Assembly: GCA_964455555.1 (NCBI GenBank) | Contig: CAYVXV010000001.1 | Location: 31,499 to 95,498, forward strand | Source: an uncultured Pseudomonadales bacterium | Lineage (GTDB): Bacteria; Patescibacteriota; Microgenomatia; UBA1400; PJMF01 | Length of the DNA stretch: 64,000 nt | Direction of reading: 5' to 3' | Shown here: positions 19,738-29,117 of the stretch, in pieces | Layout: the number at the start of each line of letters is the position of its first letter | Numbering within the stretch: position 1 is the stretch's first letter | Translations under genes and position numbers: made by a program | Notes under the pieces: model-generated | Database searches by the model: none | The model's input: only the letters and a program-made list of their open reading frames with translations | Told to the model about the DNA's origin: nothing

Positions 19738-20187
19738 TTATTTGCGGCCTGTGCTGCCAAAACCGCCCCTGTTCACAGTTTCAAAGGTTTCCAGTTCGAC
19801 AAACTCAACCTTGTCCCGCTTCAGGATAATCATCTGGACTATCCGCTCACCCTTCTCAATAACAACGTCCTGATCTGTAAAATTATAAAGAGCGGCCAGG
19901 TACTCATCATCATCGCCGCGGTAGTCATAATCACCAACACCAATGCCGTTGGCCAACATCACTCCGCGCTTATGCAGTGAACTTCGGGCGCTTACCAAAG
20001 CCCAATAACCTTCCGGCAGCTGCAAGGCTACATTCAGCGGAACATACCCGATGCCCCTGGCAGGGATATTTGTATCTTCCCTGGCATAAAGATCAAAAGC
20101 AGCTGCACCTTCGGTTTTATATTCGGGATGAGGCAGCGCTGGCTCAAACAATTTAATTTTGACTTGTATTTTGCCTTTACTGCTCAT
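19738..20187 (-). CDS. dut: dUTP diphosphatase (trimeric)
   Basis: AAFDL, ARSSL, GVGDYDYRG, GERIVQ and RGGFGSTG. Confidence 0.95.
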   Translation of the reverse strand: MSSKGKIQVKIKLFEPALPHPEYKTEGAAAFDLYAREDTNIPARGIGYVPLNVALQLPEGYWALVSARSSLHKRGVMLANGIGVGDYDYRGDDDEYLAALYNFTDQDVVIEKGERIVQMIILKRDKVEFVELETFETVNRGGFGSTGRK

Positions 20188-20193
20188 TTGTTC

Positions 20194-20709
20194 CTACCTG
20201 TTTTTTAACTTGTATTCCAACATTAATACCTGGTCTGATAAGTTTTTAGTTGCTTTAAGAATCATCCGTTGATTTATCGGCTCGGTAAATAAGCTAACTC
20301 CCCGGCCAAAAACTACCGGCTCAATGGTGAGATAAAGCGACTCAACTAATCCGGACTTCATAAACATGGTGTAAATGCTCGCTCCACCCGAGACGGCTAG
20401 TTCAGTGTAGCCTTCTTTAGCTGCTTTCTTAACCAATTCTTCAGGGGGCATATTTACCGGTTCAACTTCGTCCGGATTAAAGGTGGCCAATGCCTCCGGA
20501 TTTCGGGTATAAACATAGATTTTTCTGCCAGGCAGAGGTTTGTTTATTGTCTTGAAAGTGGTTAAACCCATAACCAAAGCGCGGGCTGCCTTGGTCCGCT
20601 CTACAAAAAACTGCAAATCTTCTTTGCTGGTCCAGCTTGTGGAGACATCATCTGTCTCTTCAGCAATATATCCATCTGCAGTTAAAGCAACAATAATAAA
20701 GACGTGCAT
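20194..20709 (-). CDS. folA: Dihydrofolate reductase
   Basis: W..KEDLQFF, VMGLTTF, PLPGR, GGASIY and LYLTIEP. Start moved to ATG 20709, downstream of TGTTAGGAT. Confidence 0.8.
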   Translation of the reverse strand: MHVFIIVALTADGYIAEETDDVSTSWTSKEDLQFFVERTKAARALVMGLTTFKTINKPLPGRKIYVYTRNPEALATFNPDEVEPVNMPPEELVKKAAKEGYTELAVSGGASIYTMFMKSGLVESLYLTIEPVVFGRGVSLFTEPINQRMILKATKNLSDQVLMLEYKLKNR

Positions 20710-20801
20710 ATGAGAGCATCCTAACAAGAAGTGGTTCAAAAAACCAGGTGCCAGAACAACCCAAACTCTGCTATTAAGAAGGTGCTACAATGCAAACTAG
20801 T

Positions 20802-21371
20802 ATGAGCAACGCTGACAAAGTTATCTTAGATTATTCCGCGATCTCTCCCCTTGTCGATCAATACCGTCGCGCCGGCAAAAGCATTGTCCTTACTCAGGGT
20901 TCGTTTGACATGATCCACATTGGCCATGGCCGGTACCTTGAGGAAGCCAAAAAACATGGTGAGGTGCTTTTTGTTGGTGTTGACTGTGATGACAAGATCC
21001 GCCACCGAAAAGGCCCCGACCGCCCTATTGTCCCAGAGGAAGAGCGCTTAGAGATGCTTACCTATATGACAGCCGTAGATCACGCCGTGCTCAAACCGCT
21101 TAAAAAACCCAAGTGGGAGCTTATTAAAATCATCAAACCGGATGTACTAATCACTACCAAAGAAACCTACTCACCGGAGAAGATCAAGGAATTGGAAGAA
21201 ATCTGCGGCAAAGTGGTGGTTCTGGACCCCATGGCCACCACCTCCACCAGTGCAAAAATCCGCTTGGTTCAAATGGGTGCAGCCAGAAAATTAAGCACTA
21301 CCCTCACAGATAAGCTGATTGCCACTATTGAGGAAGTGCTGGACGAAGTAAAAGCCAGCGAAAAAGCCTGA
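20802..21371 (+). CDS. Cytidylyltransferase-like nucleotidyltransferase (HldE domain II/TagD family)
   Basis: GSFDMIHIGH, VGVDCD, KGPDRP, ERLEML and STSAKI. Start moved to ATG 20802, downstream of TGCTACAAT. Confidence 0.88.
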   Translation: MSNADKVILDYSAISPLVDQYRRAGKSIVLTQGSFDMIHIGHGRYLEEAKKHGEVLFVGVDCDDKIRHRKGPDRPIVPEEERLEMLTYMTAVDHAVLKPLKKPKWELIKIIKPDVLITTKETYSPEKIKELEEICGKVVVLDPMATTSTSAKIRLVQMGAARKLSTTLTDKLIATIEEVLDEVKASEKA

Positions 21372-21373
21372 AC

Positions 21374-22210
21374 ATGAAACCAGTTATCATTGCCTATATC
21401 CCGGTTCTCCACCGCGGCTACAAAAATTTTCTAGAGAAACATAAAAAAGCGGAATCGCTTTTCCTAATTACCTCCGAGCTGGATAGCGGGCTCGATTACC
21501 TAAACAAAGAAATCCGCGCCCTCAGCGCAGATGATGTAAAAACCGCCATCAATTCTTGGGGGCTGGGCTTTAAGACTCAAGCTCTCACTCTTCAGATTCT
21601 TAAGAACCTCGCCCAAAATAAACAACCAATAATTATCCCCCGCGAAGATATATCCGACCTGGTGGCCAAACGCTTTCTTCCTGAAAACCCTGTTGAAATT
21701 GATGAGATTTTTCTCAGATGGGACCGGAATAATACGCTGGAAGAAAGATCCATTGCCACCGATAAAACCATTCGGGCGATTGACTTTGGCAAGCATATTG
21801 CTGAAGCAGGCAACAAAGAAGCAGAACTCAGCTCAGATTGGTGGCGGCAGGTCGGCGCCGTTGCCTTTAAAGGAAGCCAAATACTCCTTTCCGGGCACAA
21901 CCGCCATCTTCCCACAGATCACCAGCCTTACTTTGACGGAGACCCTAGAAATGCATTTTCAAAAGGCACTAACATTGAGCTCTCCATCGCCATCCATGCC
22001 GAAGCCAGCGTGATAGCCCAAGCTGCCAAAGAAGGAATAAGCCTAAACGGCACGGAAATGTATGTCACCACTTTCCCATGCCCTCCCTGCGCCAAACTCA
22101 TCGCGGAAAGCGGAATTAAAACACTTTACTTCTCAGATGGGTATGGCGTGCTGGACGGTCAAAATGTCCTTAAAAACGCCGGAGTAAAACTGGTAAAAGT
22201 TGAGCCTTAA
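21374..22210 (+). CDS. dCMP-deaminase-family enzyme with an extra N-terminal domain of about 140 aa
   Basis: RQVGAV, HAE and TTFPCPPCAK zinc motifs in the C-terminal half. Confidence 0.85.
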   Translation: MKPVIIAYIPVLHRGYKNFLEKHKKAESLFLITSELDSGLDYLNKEIRALSADDVKTAINSWGLGFKTQALTLQILKNLAQNKQPIIIPREDISDLVAKRFLPENPVEIDEIFLRWDRNNTLEERSIATDKTIRAIDFGKHIAEAGNKEAELSSDWWRQVGAVAFKGSQILLSGHNRHLPTDHQPYFDGDPRNAFSKGTNIELSIAIHAEASVIAQAAKEGISLNGTEMYVTTFPCPPCAKLIAESGIKTLYFSDGYGVLDGQNVLKNAGVKLVKVEP

Positions 22211-22275
22211 TGTTTAACGCCCTATCGGCTTAACGCACTTGCGCTTTGTACCCTGGTATTTTTCGCCCCAACAGA

Positions 22276-22743
22276 CTATCTGCCAAGTTTTTCGGGTGAT
22301 TTTCCCAGAGTCACTTTAACCGAACGGTATCCGTCCGCCTCAAGATCAGGCGAGATTAATTGAGCATGTATGTGCTGGACACTGCCGGCAGAATGATTGG
22401 TATCACCAAAGCGCATGATTAAGCCCCCTCCGGGAATCTCAAATTTATCCTGAGCCCACTGCGCCAATTTCAACAATTCTTTGCCCGATTCAGGATCCAT
22501 CTCCCGCAGGTCTTCAGCGTGTGATTTGTAGATAAGAAGAAAGTGCGCTCTGGTAAATTCATATGGCCACTGGTTGGTGGTTAAGAGCCAGTGCTCTCCC
22601 TCTTTCAAAATTTCCTGTTTGTTGTACTTTTGAAAGTTCTCCGGGCAAAAGGGGCAGCCGCCATCCTCAACGATTTGCCTCATCACATCTGCCTGGTCAG
22701 CTTCGCGGGCATTGTCCAAGTCTACATGTTTCTTGCTGTTCAT
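22276..22743 (-). CDS. HIT-superfamily protein, HxHxQ type
   Basis: CPFC, NQWPY, HFLLI and GSVQHIHAQ. Confidence 0.8.
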   Translation of the reverse strand: MNSKKHVDLDNAREADQADVMRQIVEDGGCPFCPENFQKYNKQEILKEGEHWLLTTNQWPYEFTRAHFLLIYKSHAEDLREMDPESGKELLKLAQWAQDKFEIPGGGLIMRFGDTNHSAGSVQHIHAQLISPDLEADGYRSVKVTLGKSPEKLGR

Positions 22744-22752
22744 TATTTGCTC

Positions 22753-23667
22753 CTAAATTGCTACCGGTATTGCCGCTATACCAGGATGCGGGTCATAATC
22801 GCTGAGTTCAAAGTCTTCATGCCTAAATGCGAATAAATCATCTTTTTTGTCAGCATTTAACTTCATGGTTGGGAAAGGCCTGGGATCGCGGCTAAGCATC
22901 TTCTCAACCGCCGGAACCTGGTCTACGTAAATATGCGCGTCAGAAAAACTATGAACATACTCATATGGTTCCAAACCCGTTAATTGAGCAATCATCATTA
23001 GCAAAGCTGAATATTGTGTGATGTTGGCTGGCACGCCTATCGGCACATCAGCCGAGCGCTGAATCATATGCAAAGTAAGCTTGTTATCAATCACCCTGAG
23101 ATGCACCCAGCCATGGCACGGGCAAACCACCACTTTCTGCTGTTTGCCTTTGCCCCGGATAGTGTATTGGGGAATCCATGGTGTAATGAAATGAGTTCTT
23201 AAGTGCGGCAGCTCCATGATCTGCTCAACAATATTTTTAAATTGATTATAGGTGTCGCCGTCGGCGGTCGGAAAATCATGAAAGGCCGCGCCATAAGAAC
23301 CGGGACCAAGGTCTCCGGTTTCAAGACCTCGTTTTTTGCACTTAGCCTCTGTTCCCCAGGGCTCCCACCAGTAACAACCATATTCTTCCAATTGTTCCAA
23401 AGTGCGGGCACCATTGATAAAACCAATAATTTCAGCGATTGCCTGACGCCAAACCGTCACCGGCAGCCGCTCGGATTCTTTGGGAGCCATATTGCGTTCA
23501 GTTATAAGAGGAAAGCCGTTTTCCAGCTTAAAATGCAAAGGCTTGGGGCCAATCAATGTTAAAGCATCAACGCCTTGTTGGCTTTTGACTCTGACGCCGT
23601 TTTCCAAAATGTCACGAAGCAAATCCTGGTACTGAGTGTCGGGGGTTCGTTTTGCAAATGTCTTCAC
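22753..23667 (-). CDS. thyA: Thymidylate synthase (divergent)
   Basis: GFPLIT, GDLGP..YG, PCH, QRSAD...G.PANI, DAHIY and C-terminal PVAI. Confidence 0.92.
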   Translation of the reverse strand: MKTFAKRTPDTQYQDLLRDILENGVRVKSQQGVDALTLIGPKPLHFKLENGFPLITERNMAPKESERLPVTVWRQAIAEIIGFINGARTLEQLEEYGCYWWEPWGTEAKCKKRGLETGDLGPGSYGAAFHDFPTADGDTYNQFKNIVEQIMELPHLRTHFITPWIPQYTIRGKGKQQKVVVCPCHGWVHLRVIDNKLTLHMIQRSADVPIGVPANITQYSALLMMIAQLTGLEPYEYVHSFSDAHIYVDQVPAVEKMLSRDPRPFPTMKLNADKKDDLFAFRHEDFELSDYDPHPGIAAIPVAI

Positions 23668-23728
23668 CTGCTCCTTTCGGTATTTAGATTATCAGCAAAA
23701 ACCTAGCTGTCCATGGCAGAGCGAATCG

Positions 23729-24289
23729 CTAGCCTAGGTACAACTCCTGTGCTTCAATATAATCTAAGACACGCTCATCTACAAGCCCGCTAATATCCTC
23801 GCCTGACCGGTGTTTTTCTCTGACCTCTGTAGAGGAAATTTTAACAGTCGGCACATCTTCCAAAGCTGTCATGTGCGGATAAACAGGTTCCATGGGAAAG
23901 CCCTCGCGCGGATAAATTAAAAAAGGGAAATCCAGCAACAGCGGATGGCCTTTAAGAAAATCGTCAAACTTCGGCAGGTATTCTGAACCCATTACCCAAA
24001 AAATTTGATCATCCGGATTTTGCTTAGAGAAGTGAATTAAGGTGTCGTAGGTATAGCTAACCTGTTTAAAGTGAACGACTTTTTGATTTTCGCCCACTAT
24101 TCTCTCAAGCATTGCAACCCGGTGGTCGTAAGCAGAAAATTGTTTGCCCAAACGGGCTGCCCAGGGGTGTTCGAAGACGGGGACAAACCACAGTTCATCC
24201 AAGTATCCCTGTTCAAGCAAAGCTGAAGCAACCTGCTGATGGCCGAGGTGCGGCGGGTCAAAGGTGCCTCCGAATAAACCTATTTTCAT
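23729..24289 (-). CDS. nadD: Nicotinate/nicotinamide nucleotide adenylyltransferase
   Basis: GGTFDPPHLGH, SYTYDTL and ISSTEVR. Confidence 0.85.
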   Translation of the reverse strand: MKIGLFGGTFDPPHLGHQQVASALLEQGYLDELWFVPVFEHPWAARLGKQFSAYDHRVAMLERIVGENQKVVHFKQVSYTYDTLIHFSKQNPDDQIFWVMGSEYLPKFDDFLKGHPLLLDFPFLIYPREGFPMEPVYPHMTALEDVPTVKISSTEVREKHRSGEDISGLVDERVLDYIEAQELYLG

Positions 24290-24330
24290 ATGGAGTTAAT
24301 GCAGCATTTTCCTAGCTGTTGCCTGACGTG

Positions 24331-26547
24331 TTATTTTTTTGTTTTCCGCGCGGTTTTTTTGGCAGCGGTTTTCTTTTTGGCAGTGGCTTTTTTCTTTTTT
24401 ACTGACGCCTTGGCATCTGCGTTTTTAGCCCTGCTGGCCAGCCACTTTTTCTTTTTTTCTTCGCGGGCTTTTTGTGAGATGGCCCACTCTTCTTTAGTGA
24501 TTGTATCTCCTGGTTTTGGCTCCTGCCAGCTGGCCCAGTCGCATTTGGGGTAAAGGCTGCAGCCATAGAACTGTTTGCCCCAGCGGGTGTTCTTGACAAT
24601 GACTTCTCCATCTTTGCAGAGAGGGCATTTAACCCCTTCTACCGTCTGAACAATATTCTCGGTAAACTTGCACTCCGGGAAGCGGCTGCAGCTTTTAAAC
24701 TTGCCGAACCTGCCTGAACGGATGACAATTTCACCTTTCTCAGTCTGGCCGCACTCCGGGCAGATTTCCCCGGTTTTCTCTACAGGGACTTGCATTCTTA
24801 CGGCATCTTCGGACACTGTCTCCACCCGCTTGTGGAACGGTTTGTAAAATTTAGCCACAACCTTGGTCCACTCGTTTTCTCCCCTGGCAATGCTGTCCAA
24901 GTCATCTTCCATGCCTGCGGTAAATTCATATTCCATAAAAGTGTCAAAGTGCTTCATCAGGAAGTCAGTAACGGTCATACCGATAGGTGTGGCAAAGAAA
25001 CGCTTCTGCTGCTTTTCGACATAGCCCCGGTCTTCAATAACTGAAATGATTGAGGCATAAGTGCTCGGCCTGCCGATATCCATTTTTTCCAAAGTTTTAA
25101 TTAATGATGCATCGTTGTAGCGTGCTGGCGGCTGGGTAAATTTCTGCTGGAAGTTTTGATCCACATATTCAAGCACTTGCCTTGGCTCTACCGGAGGGAT
25201 AAGGACATCGTCGCCGTCCTTGAACAACTTCATCCAGCCATCAAAAGTTAAAATTGAACCCACGGTTTTTAATGCAACTATTTTGATGGCTCCTGATTTT
25301 TTGGGGGTGCACTCAGTTAGAACGACAGTCTGATCATAAACGGCTGCCTCCATCTGGCTGGCCACAAATCGCCTCCAGATAAGATCGTACAGTTGTACAT
25401 GCCTTTTGGTGAAACGCTTGCTCTTGGCTAAAATGCTTTCAGCCTTTTCCATCACCTCGGTTACCCGGATGGCCTCATGGGCTTCTTGTGCATTCTTGCT
25501 CTTGGAACTGAATGCTCTTGGCTTGGAAGGCAGATACTTGCTGCCAAAATTCTGTTCTACGTAATTTCTGGCCATCTCGATTGATGACGATGATAGTGAA
25601 ACCGAATCAGTCCGGTGATAGGTGATCAAACCCTCTTCATAAAGGTCTTGAGCCAACCTCATGGTTTGCTTACCGCTCATACCCAAGCTGGTGGCAGCCT
25701 TCTGCTGCAAAGTTGAGGTTGTGAAGGGAGGCAGGCTCACGCGCCGGCGCTCCTTTTTATCTACCTGAGCAACAACATATTTTCCCTCAGACAACACGTC
25801 CTTGAGCGGAGCAACATCGGCCGCTTTTTTAGGTTCAAATTTGCCCTTGTTTACTTCTATCACTCTGCCAATCAAGATTGATGGCGGCAAATCTTCTAAA
25901 AGCGAACCCTCCTTGAAGGCTTTTTGGGCAGCTTTGACCGGGTCGACCGACATCGCTACATCTACTTCCCAATATTCCTCTGGTACAAATGCTTCAATTT
26001 CCCGCTCACGTTCAACAATCAGCCGCAGAGCAACTGACTGCACTCTGCCGGCAGAGAGGCCCCGCCTGATTTTTTTCCAGAGCACCGGGGAAACTTCATA
26101 TCCTACCAACCGATCAACCACCCGGCGGGCCTGCTGGGCATCAACCAAATCCATGTTTATTTTTCCGGGAGATTCAATAGCTCTGGAAACCGCCGGCTTG
26201 GTTATCTCATGAAAAGATGCCCTGAAGAAATCTTTGTTTTTTACGGACTTATTATTTTCCAGGATATGCTGAACATGCCAAGCAATAGCCTCACCTTCTC
26301 GGTCGGGGTCAGTTGCCAGATAGATTTTCTCTGCTTTTTTGGCTTCTGCAACCAGCTTATCAACCACCTTCTGTTTACCGGGTGAGACCGCATAAGTAGG
26401 TTCAAAATTTTTCTCTATGTCGATATTGAGGCCGCTTTTTGGCAAATCACGGATATGGCCGACTGATGCCTCTACCTGAAAGCCGTCGCCCAAGTATTGC
26501 TTGAGCTTTCTAGCTTTAGTTGGAGACTCTACTACTACTAAGTTCAT
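24331..26547 (-). CDS. topA: DNA topoisomerase I with zinc ribbons and a Lys/Ala-rich tail
   Basis: VESPTKA, ATDPDREGE, SAGRVQS, ITYHRTDS and GRPSTY. Confidence 0.97.
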   Translation of the reverse strand: MNLVVVESPTKARKLKQYLGDGFQVEASVGHIRDLPKSGLNIDIEKNFEPTYAVSPGKQKVVDKLVAEAKKAEKIYLATDPDREGEAIAWHVQHILENNKSVKNKDFFRASFHEITKPAVSRAIESPGKINMDLVDAQQARRVVDRLVGYEVSPVLWKKIRRGLSAGRVQSVALRLIVEREREIEAFVPEEYWEVDVAMSVDPVKAAQKAFKEGSLLEDLPPSILIGRVIEVNKGKFEPKKAADVAPLKDVLSEGKYVVAQVDKKERRRVSLPPFTTSTLQQKAATSLGMSGKQTMRLAQDLYEEGLITYHRTDSVSLSSSSIEMARNYVEQNFGSKYLPSKPRAFSSKSKNAQEAHEAIRVTEVMEKAESILAKSKRFTKRHVQLYDLIWRRFVASQMEAAVYDQTVVLTECTPKKSGAIKIVALKTVGSILTFDGWMKLFKDGDDVLIPPVEPRQVLEYVDQNFQQKFTQPPARYNDASLIKTLEKMDIGRPSTYASIISVIEDRGYVEKQQKRFFATPIGMTVTDFLMKHFDTFMEYEFTAGMEDDLDSIARGENEWTKVVAKFYKPFHKRVETVSEDAVRMQVPVEKTGEICPECGQTEKGEIVIRSGRFGKFKSCSRFPECKFTENIVQTVEGVKCPLCKDGEVIVKNTRWGKQFYGCSLYPKCDWASWQEPKPGDTITKEEWAISQKAREEKKKKWLASRAKNADAKASVKKKKATAKKKTAAKKTARKTKK

Positions 26548-26571
26548 AATTTCTTTCTCGTTTTTTCTGCA

Positions 26572-27720
26572 TTAAGATGCGGCTACAGTCCACAGCACGC
26601 CATCTTTTCTTAATAAGCCGCGCAGCTCCAAATCTGTCAGCAATGTGTTTAATTTTACAACAGAGAGCTGAACTTGTTGATGCAATGCTTCGCTGTCCAG
26701 CGGTTGAGCCATTAGCATATCATATATGATTTTTTCTATTTCGCTATGGAAAAGCGGCCATTTTTCAACTTTTCCTCCTGAATCTCCATTGGTATTCGTC
26801 CATTCTGCACCGCTGTTTTGCAAAGCTTCTATCACTTCCCGGCCTGAGGTAACTAGCTGAGAGCCCTCGTTGATTAACCACTTAGTCCCCTCGCTATACG
26901 GACTGGTAAAAGGGCCAGGCACTGCAAATACTAGCCGGCTTTCATCGAGAGCTGCTTGAGCAGTGATATGTGATCCGCTTTTGCGGGCAGCTTCGATCAC
27001 CACCACTCCTTGCGCCATCCCGGCTACTATACGGTTGCGAACGGGAAAATGCCCCGGCATCGGCCCAACATGCGGGGCAAACTCGGAAATAATGGTGCCG
27101 CCACCGGCTAAGATTTCATCAAAAAGCTGCTGGTTAGAACGGGGAAACAAAAAATTAAAACCATATCCCAAGATACCAACCGTTAATCCTTGCCCCTCAA
27201 GCGCCGCTCTATGCGCCTCACTATCTATTCCATACATAAATCCCGAAACTATTGTGGCATTTTGGCTAACTAAGTCCGAAACAATTTGGCTTACTGCCAA
27301 CTTTCCATATGCTGTTGCCCGACGCGTGCCCACTACCGCAATTGAGGTTGTAGTTTTTAATGCTTTTAAACTGCCTTTAACAAACAACAAAACAGGCCGG
27401 TCGGCCGTTTCTAAAAGCAGCGGCGGATAAGACCGGCTGAACTCGTTTACTAAAAATATGTCCTGCGACAATAGGTACTCTTTATATGAGTTTATTGTGT
27501 ATTCATTTTTAAAGGTTTTTATGCCATCTATCTGCTTATTATTAAAGACCAAGTTTGTCACTTTTACCGGTAGTTCAGCCCAAAATTCACTAAAGTCAAT
27601 TTCGTATTTTTGTAGGGTGATTGCCAGCTTTCGGATGGTGCTTCTGCCTATGCCATTTACCGCGGTTAAAGCAGCTGTTTGGGCTGCAGTTAAATTCATA
27701 GTACTATTATTTTTACTCAT
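26572..27720 (-). CDS. dprA: DNA-protecting protein DprA
   Basis: AVVGTR, VSGFMYGID, FPVRNRIVAG and SGSHITA; adjacent to topA. Confidence 0.95.
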   Translation of the reverse strand: MSKNNSTMNLTAAQTAALTAVNGIGRSTIRKLAITLQKYEIDFSEFWAELPVKVTNLVFNNKQIDGIKTFKNEYTINSYKEYLLSQDIFLVNEFSRSYPPLLLETADRPVLLFVKGSLKALKTTTSIAVVGTRRATAYGKLAVSQIVSDLVSQNATIVSGFMYGIDSEAHRAALEGQGLTVGILGYGFNFLFPRSNQQLFDEILAGGGTIISEFAPHVGPMPGHFPVRNRIVAGMAQGVVVIEAARKSGSHITAQAALDESRLVFAVPGPFTSPYSEGTKWLINEGSQLVTSGREVIEALQNSGAEWTNTNGDSGGKVEKWPLFHSEIEKIIYDMLMAQPLDSEALHQQVQLSVVKLNTLLTDLELRGLLRKDGVLWTVAAS

Positions 27721-27770
27721 TGCCCTACCCTAACAGCCGACTCTGTCCTGAACTGTAGTACAATTGAAAT

Positions 27771-29117
27771 ATGTTCAAGCAATCCCTGTCATTAGCGGTT
27801 CTCTGGTATTTAAAAGCATTGGCTAAGATCCAGCTTAAGAAAGTCTCCCCTCAAATTATAGGAATAACTGGTACAGCCGGTAAAACAAGCACCCAAGCAG
27901 CAGCAGCCGCTGTCCTCAAAGATGCTCAAAAAATTAAGATCGGCCACAAAGCCAACTCGGAGAGCGGCATCCCGCTGAATATTTTAGGGCTGGGCATCCA
28001 AACTTATAAACCATTGGAATGGCTGAAACTGCTCATCCAAGCTCCGATTGCTTTAGTTTTTAACTGGGATAAGTACGACACTTATATAGTAGAAATGGCT
28101 ATAGACAGCCCGGAACCGCCAAAAAATATGACTTACCTGCTGAGCATTATTCAGCCTCATATAGGAGTTTTTCTCAATGCTAAGCCGATGCACAGCCTGC
28201 AGTTTGATCATTTAGCCAAAGCCACTAAGCCAGGTGAACGCTCCAAAGAAATAGCCGGGTTAATTGCTGAAGAAAAAGGCAAATTAATAACATCTCTGCC
28301 AAATAACGGTTTTGCCATACTCAATATTGATGATCCGGAGGTAGCTCCCTTTCAGAAAAGAACCAAAGCCAAAGTTATCACTTTTGGCGTGAGTGAAAAA
28401 GCTGATATTCAAATCAAATCAGTCAAACCAAGCTTAAAAGGAACTGAGTTTAAATTTGCCTACGATGGAAACAATTTGACGCTGAGGTTATCCAATTATG
28501 TGCTGCCAAACTATTTTGGGCATACTTTTGCTGCTGCACTAGCGGTGGCTGTCAGCCAAAATATTCCGCCGGAGGCTGCAATCCGCTCAATCAGCAAAAA
28601 TTTAGCACTGCCTCCAGGCAGGTCCTCACTCATTGCCGCCAAAAACGGCTCTTTTATAATTGACAGCTCCTACAATTCGTCCGCAGACCCCACAATTGGT
28701 GCGCTGGAGCTGCTAAACAGCATCGCTCCCAAAAAGAAATATGCGCTATTGGGTGATATCCGTGAATTGGGTTCAGCGGCGGCTTATGAACACCAAAGGG
28801 TGGCTAAGAAAGCAGCTGAGGTTTGTGACGCAGTGGCTTTGGTTGGCCCGCAGATGAAAGAGTATGTGCTGCCGATTTTAGAAGCAGCCGGCAAGGAGGC
28901 GCATTGGTTTCCCAATGCTTCGGCTGCTGCAGTATTTTTTCAAGACAAACTTAGTAAAGATGATGTGCTGTTAGTTAAAGGTTCGCAGAACACCCTGCTT
29001 TTGGAAATTGCAGTAGAAAAACTTATGCTTCACCCTGAGGATGCTGAAAAATTGCTCTGCCGCCGCGGGGGCTACTGGAATGATCAGCGGGACTTGCTTC
29101 TGGCAAATAAAAATTAA
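27771..29117 (+). CDS. murF: UDP-MurNAc-tripeptide--D-Ala-D-Ala ligase
   Basis: GITGTAGKTST, IIDSSYNSS, LGDIRELG and LVKGSQ. Confidence 0.85.
   Translation: MFKQSLSLAVLWYLKALAKIQLKKVSPQIIGITGTAGKTSTQAAAAAVLKDAQKIKIGHKANSESGIPLNILGLGIQTYKPLEWLKLLIQAPIALVFNWDKYDTYIVEMAIDSPEPPKNMTYLLSIIQPHIGVFLNAKPMHSLQFDHLAKATKPGERSKEIAGLIAEEKGKLITSLPNNGFAILNIDDPEVAPFQKRTKAKVITFGVSEKADIQIKSVKPSLKGTEFKFAYDGNNLTLRLSNYVLPNYFGHTFAAALAVAVSQNIPPEAAIRSISKNLALPPGRSSLIAAKNGSFIIDSSYNSSADPTIGALELLNSIAPKKKYALLGDIRELGSAAAYEHQRVAKKAAEVCDAVALVGPQMKEYVLPILEAAGKEAHWFPNASAAAVFFQDKLSKDDVLLVKGSQNTLLLEIAVEKLMLHPEDAEKLLCRRGGYWNDQRDLLLANKN

Noticed and set aside
21374-22210. AvcD/dCTP-deaminase anti-phage system
   Set aside because: There is no P-loop kinase domain, and the context is thymidylate metabolism rather than a defence island.
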